Source: Pseudidiomarina andamanensis
GTDB lineage: Bacteria; Pseudomonadota; Gammaproteobacteria; Enterobacterales; Alteromonadaceae
Assembly (NCBI RefSeq): GCF_009734345.1
Contig: NZ_CP032551.1
Location: forward strand, 1,560,001 to 1,592,000
DNA length: 32,000 nucleotides
Reading direction: 5' to 3'
Shown piece by piece: positions 10,283-18,599 of the stretch. How positions within the stretch are numbered: position 1 is the first letter of the stretch; each line of letters starts with the position of its first letter. The notes beneath the pieces are model-generated. The model worked only from the letters and a program-made list of their open reading frames with translations, searched no databases and had not been told where the DNA came from. The translations under genes and the position numbers were made by a program.

Positions 10283-11599
10283 ATGAAGCATCGAGTTGGC
10301 CTCATTTGGTTTGAAAGCGACCTGCGGGTTGCCGATCATTCGTTGCTTCATCTCGCTCAACAAGAGTGCCAGCAACTCATCTGCTTATATTGTGTAAATC
10401 CCAAATGGTTTCAGCCCAATCGCTATGGTTTACGCAGTATGGGTGAGAAGCGCTGGCAATTTCTGCAGCAAACTTTAGCCGACCTCGATCAACAGCTCAC
10501 AGAGCTTGGTCAGCATCTCTACGTTAGTTATGAAGCGCCACTTGCGGCTGTCGCCAAGGTCATTGGTCAATACGGCATCGACGTGATTTACCGGAGCTAT
10601 CATAGCGGCGCCTATGAACGTCAATATTATGACATTGTACGTGAGCGCTATCCGTTTTTAGATTATGTGCAGGCCGACACCAGCACGTTGTTTGAGCGCG
10701 CGCAAATTGCGGAGATGGTGACCGAACTACCAGATAGCTTTTCGAAGTTTCGTAAACATATCGAAGGCTCTAAATTACGCGCTGCAGTGCAGTCGCCTTT
10801 AACACCGCCGACACAATTACCACCGCCGCCAGCAACATTAAGTCGAACAACTTGGGTGACTCCATCAGCGCAACGCAATTTTGTTGGCGGCAGTCATGCA
10901 GGTTTTCAGCATCTGAAGCGCTACTTTGCAGCGGCTTATGCACAAACCTATAAACAAACGCGCAATGCTCTCGATAATTGGAATGATTCCACCAAATTTT
11001 CTGCCTGGTTAGCTCTGGGCTCGCTATCGCCACGCCAAGTACTTGCAGAATTGGCTACGCATGAAGCCGACCAAGGCGCCAATGACAGCACCTATTGGAT
11101 ATTTTTCGAGTTATTGTGGCGCGAGTATTTCCATTGGTATGCCCAGTACCACGACAAGAAATTATTTGCGTTTGACGGTATTCAGCAACGTCGCCCAACC
11201 ACCAGCTTTTACCCCGCACGATTTCAAAAATGGTGCCAAGGTAATACCCCTTACCCCATCGTAAATGCCTGTATGAAACAGCTCAATGAAACAGGCTACA
11301 TGTCCAACCGTGGTCGCCAGTTGGTTGCCAGCTGCTTTGTTCACGAGCTAGGGCTAGATTGGCGATATGGCGCAGCATATTTTGAGCAACAATTAATTGA
11401 TTACGATGTGGCTTCCAATTGGGGAAATTGGCAATACTTGGCAGGCGTTGGTGCTGACCCGCGAGGGCACCGCTGGTTTGATTTAGCCAAACAAACCGCG
11501 ATGTATGACCCCCAAGGGGAGTTTATTCGCCGTTGGCACGGAAATGACTTTGATGCCCAACTCGATCATATCGACGCCGCCGACTGGCCAATAGGCTAG
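10283..11599 (+). CDS. Cryptochrome DASH / photolyase-family flavoprotein
   Basis: 438 aa. The N-terminal photolyase alpha/beta domain is present (LIWFESDLRVADHSLL). The C-terminal FAD domain shows WREYFHW, MSNRGRQLVASCF and SNWGNWQYLAGVGADPRGHRWFDLAKQTAMYDPQGEFIRRW, which fits the Cry-DASH pattern. Confidence 0.85.
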   Translation: MKHRVGLIWFESDLRVADHSLLHLAQQECQQLICLYCVNPKWFQPNRYGLRSMGEKRWQFLQQTLADLDQQLTELGQHLYVSYEAPLAAVAKVIGQYGIDVIYRSYHSGAYERQYYDIVRERYPFLDYVQADTSTLFERAQIAEMVTELPDSFSKFRKHIEGSKLRAAVQSPLTPPTQLPPPPATLSRTTWVTPSAQRNFVGGSHAGFQHLKRYFAAAYAQTYKQTRNALDNWNDSTKFSAWLALGSLSPRQVLAELATHEADQGANDSTYWIFFELLWREYFHWYAQYHDKKLFAFDGIQQRRPTTSFYPARFQKWCQGNTPYPIVNACMKQLNETGYMSNRGRQLVASCFVHELGLDWRYGAAYFEQQLIDYDVASNWGNWQYLAGVGADPRGHRWFDLAKQTAMYDPQGEFIRRWHGNDFDAQLDHIDAADWPIG

Positions 11600-12564
11600 C
11601 GACGACGCTGCAACCAAGGGTACAAATGTTCGTGCATTTTTGGATCCATAATCGCCATTAAGAAATGATGACGTTCAGAAATCTCCCGCACCGTCACATA
11701 GCGCGACTCTAATGGTTTGAAATACTCATAAGGCGCAACGTTGTCGACGTTGCTTGCCAAAATCAGCGTCGGCACTTTTACCGGCGGTAGTACTTGATGC
11801 AAGTCGAGGGCGGCCGGGTCAATGTCGCGCTTCATCAGCGTATTTTTCACCCCTTCCCGAATCGATTCTTCCGAGACGATTTTGCTGGTTTGCTCGTGAG
11901 TAATTTTACTCACTTCGTACACGGCGTCTTCAAATTGACGCATCGGTGCGAGCAATACGAGGCCGCTAATGTCGTTACGTTGGCGAGCAATATGCACCGC
12001 AGCTAACGCCCCCATTGAAAAACCAGTAATGAATAATGGATGCGGCCGCTCGCGGGCTGGCAATGAATTAATCAACGTTGTGATCATGTCGACATCATCA
12101 ACGGCAAATCCGGGTTGTTCATGCGATGAGCCGCCATGTCCCTTAAGATCTGGAATCACCACATGGAAACCTAAGAAGCGATAGTAATCGGCTAAGAAAA
12201 ACATCGTTTCTTTTGAGCCACCGTAGCCATGCAACATGACCATAGTACCGCGTCGAACTTCTGGAATTTGCTTGCGGTTTAATGTCAGTTTGTATTCTTC
12301 TGTTTTGGTTTCGCTCACCGCTGTAAATTCGAAGGTGCGTTTGTCACTGTCAGTAATCGGCGGTGCATATAAATATTGCGTGCACCCATCAAGGTAAGGC
12401 ATACAAAATTGCCGCTCTTCACCGCCAAGCTCAACAATTAGCTCTGGCATATTTGCTGGTATTCCAATTGGCTCTACACGACTCGAGAGCTTGTGCTCCA
12501 CGTAGGTAGCGCACCCTTGCAATAAAGTGACAGCGAATAGTCCAAAACACAGCTTGCGATACAT
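11596..12564 (-). CDS. Alpha/beta-fold hydrolase, probable lipoprotein
   Basis: Signal peptide with lipobox-like LLQGC. HGYGGS oxyanion region and the GFSMGA nucleophile elbow are present. Confidence 0.75.
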   Translation of the reverse strand: MYRKLCFGLFAVTLLQGCATYVEHKLSSRVEPIGIPANMPELIVELGGEERQFCMPYLDGCTQYLYAPPITDSDKRTFEFTAVSETKTEEYKLTLNRKQIPEVRRGTMVMLHGYGGSKETMFFLADYYRFLGFHVVIPDLKGHGGSSHEQPGFAVDDVDMITTLINSLPARERPHPLFITGFSMGALAAVHIARQRNDISGLVLLAPMRQFEDAVYEVSKITHEQTSKIVSEESIREGVKNTLMKRDIDPAALDLHQVLPPVKVPTLILASNVDNVAPYEYFKPLESRYVTVREISERHHFLMAIMDPKMHEHLYPWLQRRR

Positions 12565-12657
12565 CGGGGATCCTCAACATGTTCATCTGACATTTGACAT
12601 AAGTCCCCGATAATAGCACTTCTTTACGTAACGCCAACAGTCTTTACGTTCGGTGAA

Positions 12658-13938
12658 TTACGCTAACGCTTGTTCAAGATCTGCGATAATGTCGTTAACG
12701 TGCTCAATTCCTACACATAAACGAATGGCTTCCGGTTTTACACCAACCTTTTCTTGCTCTTCAAGGGAAAGTTGGCGGTGGGTTGTCGACGCTGGGTGAC
12801 ACGCGAGCGATTTTGCATCGCCAATATTCACCAATCGCTTAAATAGTTTGAGCTTGTCATAAAAACGCACACCCGCTTCATATCCGCCTTTCACACCGAA
12901 GGTCAGCAACGATGCAGGTAACCCACCTTTGATAATTTTCTGCGCTAGCTCATAGTTTGGATGGTCAGAAGCACCGGCGTAATTGACCCATGCGACTTGC
13001 GGATGCTGCTGCAAGTAATCTACCACTTTCTTCGCATTCTCACAGTGCCGCTCAATACGCAGCTCAAGTGTTTCCAGCCCTTGTAAGATCAAAAAGGCAT
13101 TAAATGGCGACAGTGCAGCACCGGTATTACGCAATGCCACCGTACGTACCCGTGCGATAAACGCCGCGGCTTCAAATACCTCGTTATACACGACGCCATG
13201 ATAAGCCGGCTCAGGTTGCGAGAACTGAGTGAACTTTTCACGATGTTGAGTCCAATCAAAGTTGCCGCCGTCAATAATAATGCCGCCGATAGTGGTGCCG
13301 TGTCCGCCGATATATTTTGTGAGTGAGTGAACAACAATGTGCGCGCCCAAGGCAATCGGCTGACATAAAATTGGTGTGGCCACGGTATTATCCACTATGA
13401 GCGGTACGCCATGCTTGTTCGCCACGTTGGCTAAGCCTGGAATGTCCGCGATATTTCCTGCGGGGTTGCCAATGCTCTCGCAATAAAGTGCTTTTGTGTT
13501 GGCATCAATCAGCCCCTCTAACGCTTCTGGACTATCGTTTTCAGCGAATCGCACTTCGATGCCCAACGCAGGTAGTTGATGCGCAAACAATGTATAAGTT
13601 CCGCCATAAATTTGCGGCGTGGTGACAATGTTATCGCCCTGCTTCGCGAGCGTTAGCAAGGTATAGTGAATAGCTGCCATGCCTGATGCTACTGCCAACC
13701 CGGCAATACCCCCTTCAAGGGCTGCTACACGTTGCTCAAGCACGTCATTAGTTGGATTCATAATGCGTGAGTAAATATTGCCCGGTACCGCTAAATCAAA
13801 TAAATCTGCACCATGTTGCGCACTATCAAACGCATAGGCAGCGGTTTGATAAATGGGCACTGCAACCGATTTGGTTGTCGGATCGGTTTCATAGCCATGA
13901 TGAATAGCTAGTGTGGCTGGTTGGTAATTCGCAGTCAT
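12658..13938 (-). CDS. metY: O-acetylhomoserine sulfhydrylase (aminocarboxypropyltransferase), PLP-dependent
   Basis: 426 aa. VAVPIYQTAAYAFDSAQHGADLF, GNIYSRIMNPTNDVLEQRVAALEGG and the PLP lysine motif HSLTKYIGGHG match the MetY/Cys-Met PLP family. GAGG SD upstream. Confidence 0.9.
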   Translation of the reverse strand: MTANYQPATLAIHHGYETDPTTKSVAVPIYQTAAYAFDSAQHGADLFDLAVPGNIYSRIMNPTNDVLEQRVAALEGGIAGLAVASGMAAIHYTLLTLAKQGDNIVTTPQIYGGTYTLFAHQLPALGIEVRFAENDSPEALEGLIDANTKALYCESIGNPAGNIADIPGLANVANKHGVPLIVDNTVATPILCQPIALGAHIVVHSLTKYIGGHGTTIGGIIIDGGNFDWTQHREKFTQFSQPEPAYHGVVYNEVFEAAAFIARVRTVALRNTGAALSPFNAFLILQGLETLELRIERHCENAKKVVDYLQQHPQVAWVNYAGASDHPNYELAQKIIKGGLPASLLTFGVKGGYEAGVRFYDKLKLFKRLVNIGDAKSLACHPASTTHRQLSLEEQEKVGVKPEAIRLCVGIEHVNDIIADLEQALA

Positions 13939-13956
13939 ATCGGCCTCAATAAAAAT

Positions 13957-13980
13957 AGATGTTTATACGTTTAGACGTCC
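13957..13980. promoter_or_regulatory. Putative MetJ operator (three tandem met boxes) upstream of metY
   Basis: AGATGTTT ATACGTTT AGACGTCC match AGACGTCT at 6/8, 6/8 and 7/8, in 8-bp register, 19-42 bp upstream of the metY ATG. Confidence 0.65.
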
Positions 13981-14016
13981 ATAATAATTAAATGGCGCCG
14001 TGGCGCAAGTTATTTT

Positions 14017-15060
14017 TTAAAGACGTTTGAGTAGTTCCAAAAGATCGCTTTGAACACCAGCCGCAGTCACTTCAGGGCCAGCGCCTGGGCCTTGAATAAT
14101 GAGCGGATTGTGCTGGTATTGGCGACTTCGAATAATGAAATTCGCGTTACCTGGCGGTAAGTGCGCATAGGGTGAATCTGCACCGACGGGCTGTAATTGG
14201 GCGAATGCTCTGACATTGCCGCTACTCGTTTCTTCAACTTTGCCGATGTAGCAAAATTGATTGGCATCAGGATGATGCTCTAAACGCCAGCGATCAAACG
14301 CGGCATCGAACATATCAAGCCCCTGCCAAAACGTTTCAAGTGATACTTGCTGCAATGAAGCTGGCACGAGGTTATGTAATTCAACTTCCGACAACTGCAA
14401 TGACCAGCCTGCATCGCGCGCCAGAATTAATAACTTCCGCGCGACATCCATGCCACTAAAATCAATCCGCGGATCAGGTTCGGTGTACCCAATATCGGCC
14501 GCTTTACGCAGCCAGTCCGATAACTTGTCGCCAGGCCGATATTGTTGAAATATCCATGACAACGATCCGGAGAAATTACCTTCCATAGCAGTTATGGCGT
14601 CATAGCAATCAAGCCGTTCTCGAATGGCTTTTTGAATCGGTAAACCAGCACCAACGGTGGTGTTATACAACCAGTGACGTTGACGCTCTTGCAGCCTTGC
14701 GCGCAGAGCTTGATAGTAATTCGGGTTGCTCGACCCAGCATATTTGTTGGCGCTAATAATATGCGCACCGGTATCAATCCACGCCAAATAATCACGGCTC
14801 ACTTCTTTCGAAGCGGTGAGGTCTAAAACGACAGCCGCGCAGCCTTGCTGCTCAAGATTTTGAATTTCAGCGATTATGGAATTTTGAACAGCTTGAGGTT
14901 CACGTTGGTATTGCCAATCTTGTGGTAGGGGCCAACGCCAAAGTCTTTTGGAATTAGCTGCTGCATGCACAAATGCAAGTGCGGGTAAGCGCTCGGCATA
15001 GTCTTGAAGCCATGTTTGCCCTATCGTCCCTAACCCAACCACAATAATGCCTAACTGCAT
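14017..15060 (-). CDS. hom: Homoserine dehydrogenase (monofunctional)
   Basis: 347 aa. The N-terminal GLGTIG Rossmann motif is present. The central and C-terminal region NTTVGAGLPI...FSGSLSWIF...GYTEPDPRIDFSGMDVARKLLILAR is collinear with the homoserine dehydrogenase domain of E. coli ThrA. Confidence 0.9.
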   Translation of the reverse strand: MQLGIIVVGLGTIGQTWLQDYAERLPALAFVHAAANSKRLWRWPLPQDWQYQREPQAVQNSIIAEIQNLEQQGCAAVVLDLTASKEVSRDYLAWIDTGAHIISANKYAGSSNPNYYQALRARLQERQRHWLYNTTVGAGLPIQKAIRERLDCYDAITAMEGNFSGSLSWIFQQYRPGDKLSDWLRKAADIGYTEPDPRIDFSGMDVARKLLILARDAGWSLQLSEVELHNLVPASLQQVSLETFWQGLDMFDAAFDRWRLEHHPDANQFCYIGKVEETSSGNVRAFAQLQPVGADSPYAHLPPGNANFIIRSRQYQHNPLIIQGPGAGPEVTAAGVQSDLLELLKRL

Positions 15061-15962
15061 GGCGACTCCAAGAATTGTTTCAATATCGCTGCGTAATCTG
15101 CGGTGTTTTTAATAAACCCATCATGGCCGTAGGTAGACGAAAGTATGTGACAGCCGCGGGCATCCGGTAATTGCTCGTGAAAGCTCTGCAACAAGCTCGG
15201 CGGCACCAGTTGATCGCTATCAAAGCCGATAACTAACGTTGGCTGCTCAATGTGATAGGGCTCAATACGGTAGCTATCGAGTGCGGGCCCGAACACTTCA
15301 AATAATTGTCGCGCTCGCGGAAGTGAACGTTGTACCGTTCGCAACCCGCGGCTTTCGATATAGTTCACGGCATCTTTCGGATCGGGATAGTACTGATCCA
15401 TGCCATCGGCGCTACGATAACTCAACATTGCTAGCGCTCGCGCTAATTGCGTACCGCGCTCTGGCTGCCCAGCGGCATCTCCTAGGCGCACAAACTCACG
15501 TTGCAGCGCGCGCAGCATGACGGCTTGCGCCGTCGGCCGATGTGCAGCCGCAATCACCGCGACGCGCTCGAAATTTATTAGCTTGTCTTGTGCAAGTTCC
15601 AGTGCAACCAGCCCACCATATGAGCCCCCGACAACCGCATGAAATTCGGTCCAACCTAATTCTTGTAACGCCGTACTAATATATGCCGCCTGCTCAGCAA
15701 TGGTATTCGGTACCGCAGCAACTTCAGACTCGCCGTTACCGCCCGCATAATCCACCGTCACGATGGTGTATTGATTTGGGTCAATCGCTTCTGCTAAACC
15801 TTGCCACCAGCCATCTTCTGCGCCTGTAATGGCCTGTCGATCGCCCGATATACCACCAAGTACTAATACCAGCGGTCCGGTACCCAATTCATTGAGATAC
15901 AACACACCACCCGCAACTGGGCATTGATGAGTTTCAGCAAGAAGCTGGGTAACGCGTGTCAT
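15051..15962 (-). CDS. metX: MetX-like homoserine O-acyltransferase (alpha/beta hydrolase fold); acyl donor not determinable
   Basis: 303 aa. The GGSYGG nucleophile elbow (MetX: GGSMGG), the Asp region FDSDQLVP and the His motif YGHDGF resemble the MetX catalytic triad. The gene overlaps the hom start by 10 nt and lies 1.1 kb upstream of metY. It is shorter than canonical MetX, hence the moderate confidence. Confidence 0.7.
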   Translation of the reverse strand: MTRVTQLLAETHQCPVAGGVLYLNELGTGPLVLVLGGISGDRQAITGAEDGWWQGLAEAIDPNQYTIVTVDYAGGNGESEVAAVPNTIAEQAAYISTALQELGWTEFHAVVGGSYGGLVALELAQDKLINFERVAVIAAAHRPTAQAVMLRALQREFVRLGDAAGQPERGTQLARALAMLSYRSADGMDQYYPDPKDAVNYIESRGLRTVQRSLPRARQLFEVFGPALDSYRIEPYHIEQPTLVIGFDSDQLVPPSLLQSFHEQLPDARGCHILSSTYGHDGFIKNTADYAAILKQFLESPCS

Positions 15963-16038
15963 GGCAATAACCTTTTGGAATAAACAGCTTGTTTCAGATG
16001 CGACCTAATGTAGCGACTTTCTTAAGAAATATCAATAT

Positions 16039-16062
16039 GGACGTTTAGATGTCTAAATGTTT
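16039..16062. promoter_or_regulatory. Putative MetJ operator (three tandem met boxes) in the metX / yajQ divergent intergenic region
   Basis: GGACGTTT AGATGTCT AAATGTTT match AGACGTCT at 6/8, 7/8 and 5/8. The boxes sit 77-100 bp from the metX ATG and 80-103 bp from the yajQ ATG. Confidence 0.65.
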
Positions 16063-16141
16063 TTTTTGTATAAGCGCAAGGTTATTGCGATAATCATTGC
16101 CAGAACTTCTGACAAGACATAGATAATAAGGTAATTCTCCC

Positions 16142-16627
16142 ATGCCAAGTTTTGATATTGTTTCAGAAATCGACAAAGTTGAATTAAAGAACGCTGTCGA
16201 CAATGCCACCCGCGAACTTACTACTCGGTTTGATTTTCGTGGTGTTGAAGCAACCATTGAGCTGAATGATTTAACCGTCACCCTAACTTCGGAATCTGAT
16301 TTCCAGGTGCGTCAGTTGCAAGATATTTTCAATAACCACTGTGCGAAACGAAATATTAGTCTGGCTGGCATTGAAATTCCTGATGAGCCGACACACAGCG
16401 GTAAAACCTATAGTTTGGCGTTAACCTTCAAACAAGGTATCGACCAGCCGCTTGCGAAAGAAATCACCAAAAAAATTAAAGAGAGCAAGCTGAAGGTTCA
16501 ATCGTCTATTCAAGGCGATAAAGTTCGTGTTACAGGTAAAAAACGCGATGACTTACAGCAAACGATTGCGATGCTGCGTAGCTCCGATATCGAATTGCCA
16601 TTACAGTTCGAGAACTTCCGCGACTAA
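16142..16627 (+). CDS. yajQ: YajQ family nucleotide / cyclic-di-GMP-binding protein
   Basis: The 161-aa [34 protein letters not shown]... is the canonical YajQ (UPF0234) N-terminus. Confidence 0.9.
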   Translation: MPSFDIVSEIDKVELKNAVDNATRELTTRFDFRGVEATIELNDLTVTLTSESDFQVRQLQDIFNNHCAKRNISLAGIEIPDEPTHSGKTYSLALTFKQGIDQPLAKEITKKIKESKLKVQSSIQGDKVRVTGKKRDDLQQTIAMLRSSDIELPLQFENFRD

Positions 16628-16632
16628 CTCGC

Positions 16633-17313
16633 ATGTCGGCATGCCCTTTGTGCGCAGACTCAGCAACCGCGTTACTGTACACCCAGCAACGCGGTCCGCT
16701 TGCGCAACGCGAGTATTTTCTATGTCCGACATGCGCATTGATTCATGTGCCTAACGCCTTTCAGCTCGATTCAGCACATGAAAAAAGCGTCTACGATTTA
16801 CATCAGAATAATCCGAATGACCCAAACTACCGGCAGTTTCTAACACGCTTATTCGAACCGATGTGTGAGCGTCTTCCGGTTGGCACTAGCGGGCTTGATT
16901 TCGGCAGTGGCCCTGGGCCGACATTAAGCCGAATGTTTGATGAGTCGGGTAGACCTTGCAGTACCTACGATATTTATTACGACCATGTGCCAGAGCGGCT
17001 CACGAAAACCTATGACTTTGTAACCTGTAGTGAAGTCATTGAGCATGTTGCTGCGCCGCTTGACGTGTTTCAACAGCTACTAGATTGCTTAAAACCAGGT
17101 GGCTATTTGGGTATCATGACGCAGCGCTGGACCTACGTCGATAAATTCTCAGGCTGGAACTACCGAAACGACCCGACTCATATTTGTTTCTTCCATGAAG
17201 CCACTTTTCAGTATTTAGCAACAAAGTTTGCTCTCGTTCTGACTATTTACCCCCGTGATGTGGTAATTTTTACAAAACCACAAGCAGCACTTGGTAAGGA
17301 AAGCACCGCATGA
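16633..17313 (+). CDS. Class I SAM-dependent methyltransferase with an N-terminal CxxC...CxxC zinc ribbon
   Basis: 226 aa. CPLC...CPTC at the N-terminus, SAM motif I GLDFGSGPG, an acidic loop and motif LKPGGYL. It starts 5 nt after the yajQ stop with no visible SD, and its stop overlaps the next start (ATGA). Confidence 0.75.
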   Translation: MSACPLCADSATALLYTQQRGPLAQREYFLCPTCALIHVPNAFQLDSAHEKSVYDLHQNNPNDPNYRQFLTRLFEPMCERLPVGTSGLDFGSGPGPTLSRMFDESGRPCSTYDIYYDHVPERLTKTYDFVTCSEVIEHVAAPLDVFQQLLDCLKPGGYLGIMTQRWTYVDKFSGWNYRNDPTHICFFHEATFQYLATKFALVLTIYPRDVVIFTKPQAALGKESTA

Positions 17314-18599
17314 CCACGCATTGGCAGCAACGCCGCTCTGGCTCCCCATTAAATCGCCCAGGCGACCTACGTACACCATGGCAGCGTGACCGCGCACGAG
17401 TACTCCATTCAGCGGCATTTCGCCGGTTACAATCGAAAACCCAAATTATGAACGTGGGCGAAAACGATTTTTATCGCACCCGCTTAACCCATAGTTTAGA
17501 AGCGGCACAAATTGGTGCTTCGCTAATTAATCAGTTGCAGCAAGTTTGTGGTGCCGATGAGGCACAATACTTGCCAGATTTGAACTTAATGGAAACGCTC
17601 TGTTTGGCCCACGATATTGGCCATCCCCCATTTGGCCACGGCGGTGAAACCGCGCTGCACTTTAAAATGCTTGGGTCCGGTGGTTTTGAAGGCAACGGCC
17701 AAACATTCCGAATTGTTGGCAAGCTTGAAGCCTATCACCCTGAACATGGAATGGATTTAACCCGCCGCTCATTACTTGGCTTGCTAAAGTATCCGGTTTT
17801 GATGCCAGCGCTCAGCGCCCCCGACAACCTCGCTAATCCGGGAAGCTTGGCGAGATGGAAGCCAGCAAAGGCACTGTTTGCCTGTGATGCCGATTTGCTC
17901 GATTGGGTTCTAGAACCGTTATCGGCCAGCGACCGAGAACTATTTCAAGCTGTAGATAAGCTGCCAGCAGCACCGTGGCAGAAGTCGAAACACAAAGCGC
18001 TCGATGCCTCACTCATGGAGCTTGCCGATGATATTGCCTACGGTGTTCACGATCTCGAAGACGCCGTAGTGACCGGTACCTTAAGCGAGAGTCAGTGGCA
18101 TGCGCACGTTGATTCCGTCATTAATGAACTGCCGCAAGAATTAGCAACGCTTATGCAAGAACTCGGTGAACAATTATTTGCGCGCGAACATCATCAACGT
18201 AAAAATGCGATTGGCGCTTTAGTGAATATTTTTGTGACTCAAGTTCGCTTAGAACAAGTTCTGACTGAGGCTCAAGAGCCATTAATTCGCTATAACGCGA
18301 CGCTGCCACAAGCTGAAGCCTTTTTATTGAAGAGCTTAAAAGATGTTGTGTTTGAGCATGTGATCAACGAACCATCGATTCAACAGTTACGCTATCGTAG
18401 TCAAAATATGCTGTTAGATTTGTTTACCGCACTGCATACTGAGCCACTGCGTTTGTTGCCGCGTAACACGCGTGAGCGTTGGGTAAAAGCGCAACAAGAG
18501 CAGGGCCAAGAAGCAGCTGACCGTGTGCTTTGTGACTATGTTGCGGGCATGACAGACGACTATGCCGAGCGTATGTACCGCAATCTATTCGTCGTTTAA
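17310..18599 (+). CDS. dGTPase-like deoxynucleoside triphosphate triphosphohydrolase (HD domain, type-2 Dgt family)
   Basis: 429 aa. WQRDRARVLHSAAFRRLQSKTQ, RLTHSLEAAQIG, LAHDIGHPPFGHGGE and DDIAYGVHDLED are dGTPase-family signatures. AAGGAA SD 9 nt upstream. Confidence 0.85.
   Translation: MTTHWQQRRSGSPLNRPGDLRTPWQRDRARVLHSAAFRRLQSKTQIMNVGENDFYRTRLTHSLEAAQIGASLINQLQQVCGADEAQYLPDLNLMETLCLAHDIGHPPFGHGGETALHFKMLGSGGFEGNGQTFRIVGKLEAYHPEHGMDLTRRSLLGLLKYPVLMPALSAPDNLANPGSLARWKPAKALFACDADLLDWVLEPLSASDRELFQAVDKLPAAPWQKSKHKALDASLMELADDIAYGVHDLEDAVVTGTLSESQWHAHVDSVINELPQELATLMQELGEQLFAREHHQRKNAIGALVNIFVTQVRLEQVLTEAQEPLIRYNATLPQAEAFLLKSLKDVVFEHVINEPSIQQLRYRSQNMLLDLFTALHTEPLRLLPRNTRERWVKAQQEQGQEAADRVLCDYVAGMTDDYAERMYRNLFVV

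Noticed and set aside
13991-14016. GC-rich GCGCC..GGCGC element next to a T/A run downstream of hom, considered as an intrinsic terminator separating hom from metY.
   Set aside because: The arms are only 5 bp with a 2-nt gap, so the real stem is at most 4 bp. On the minus strand no U-tract follows. This is too weak to call.
13939-16141. Possibility of a SAM riboswitch (SAM-II, SAM-V or SAM/SAH) in the metY or metX leaders.
   Set aside because: I could not recognise any of the conserved cores by eye. The leaders are short, and the met boxes give a simpler explanation. An Infernal/Rfam scan would be needed to exclude it.
16045-16281. 78-aa minus-strand ORF spanning the yajQ promoter and 5' end.
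   Set aside because: It overlaps the canonical YajQ N-terminus on the other strand and the met-box region, and has no SD. It is not credible as a gene.
17310-18599. The dGTPase homologue as the marker of a phage-defence island.
   Set aside because: The neighbours are yajQ, a methyltransferase and signalling genes, with no other defence, mobile or hypervariable genes. Type-2 dgt genes are widespread core genes. I kept only the operon-level observation as a hypothesis.
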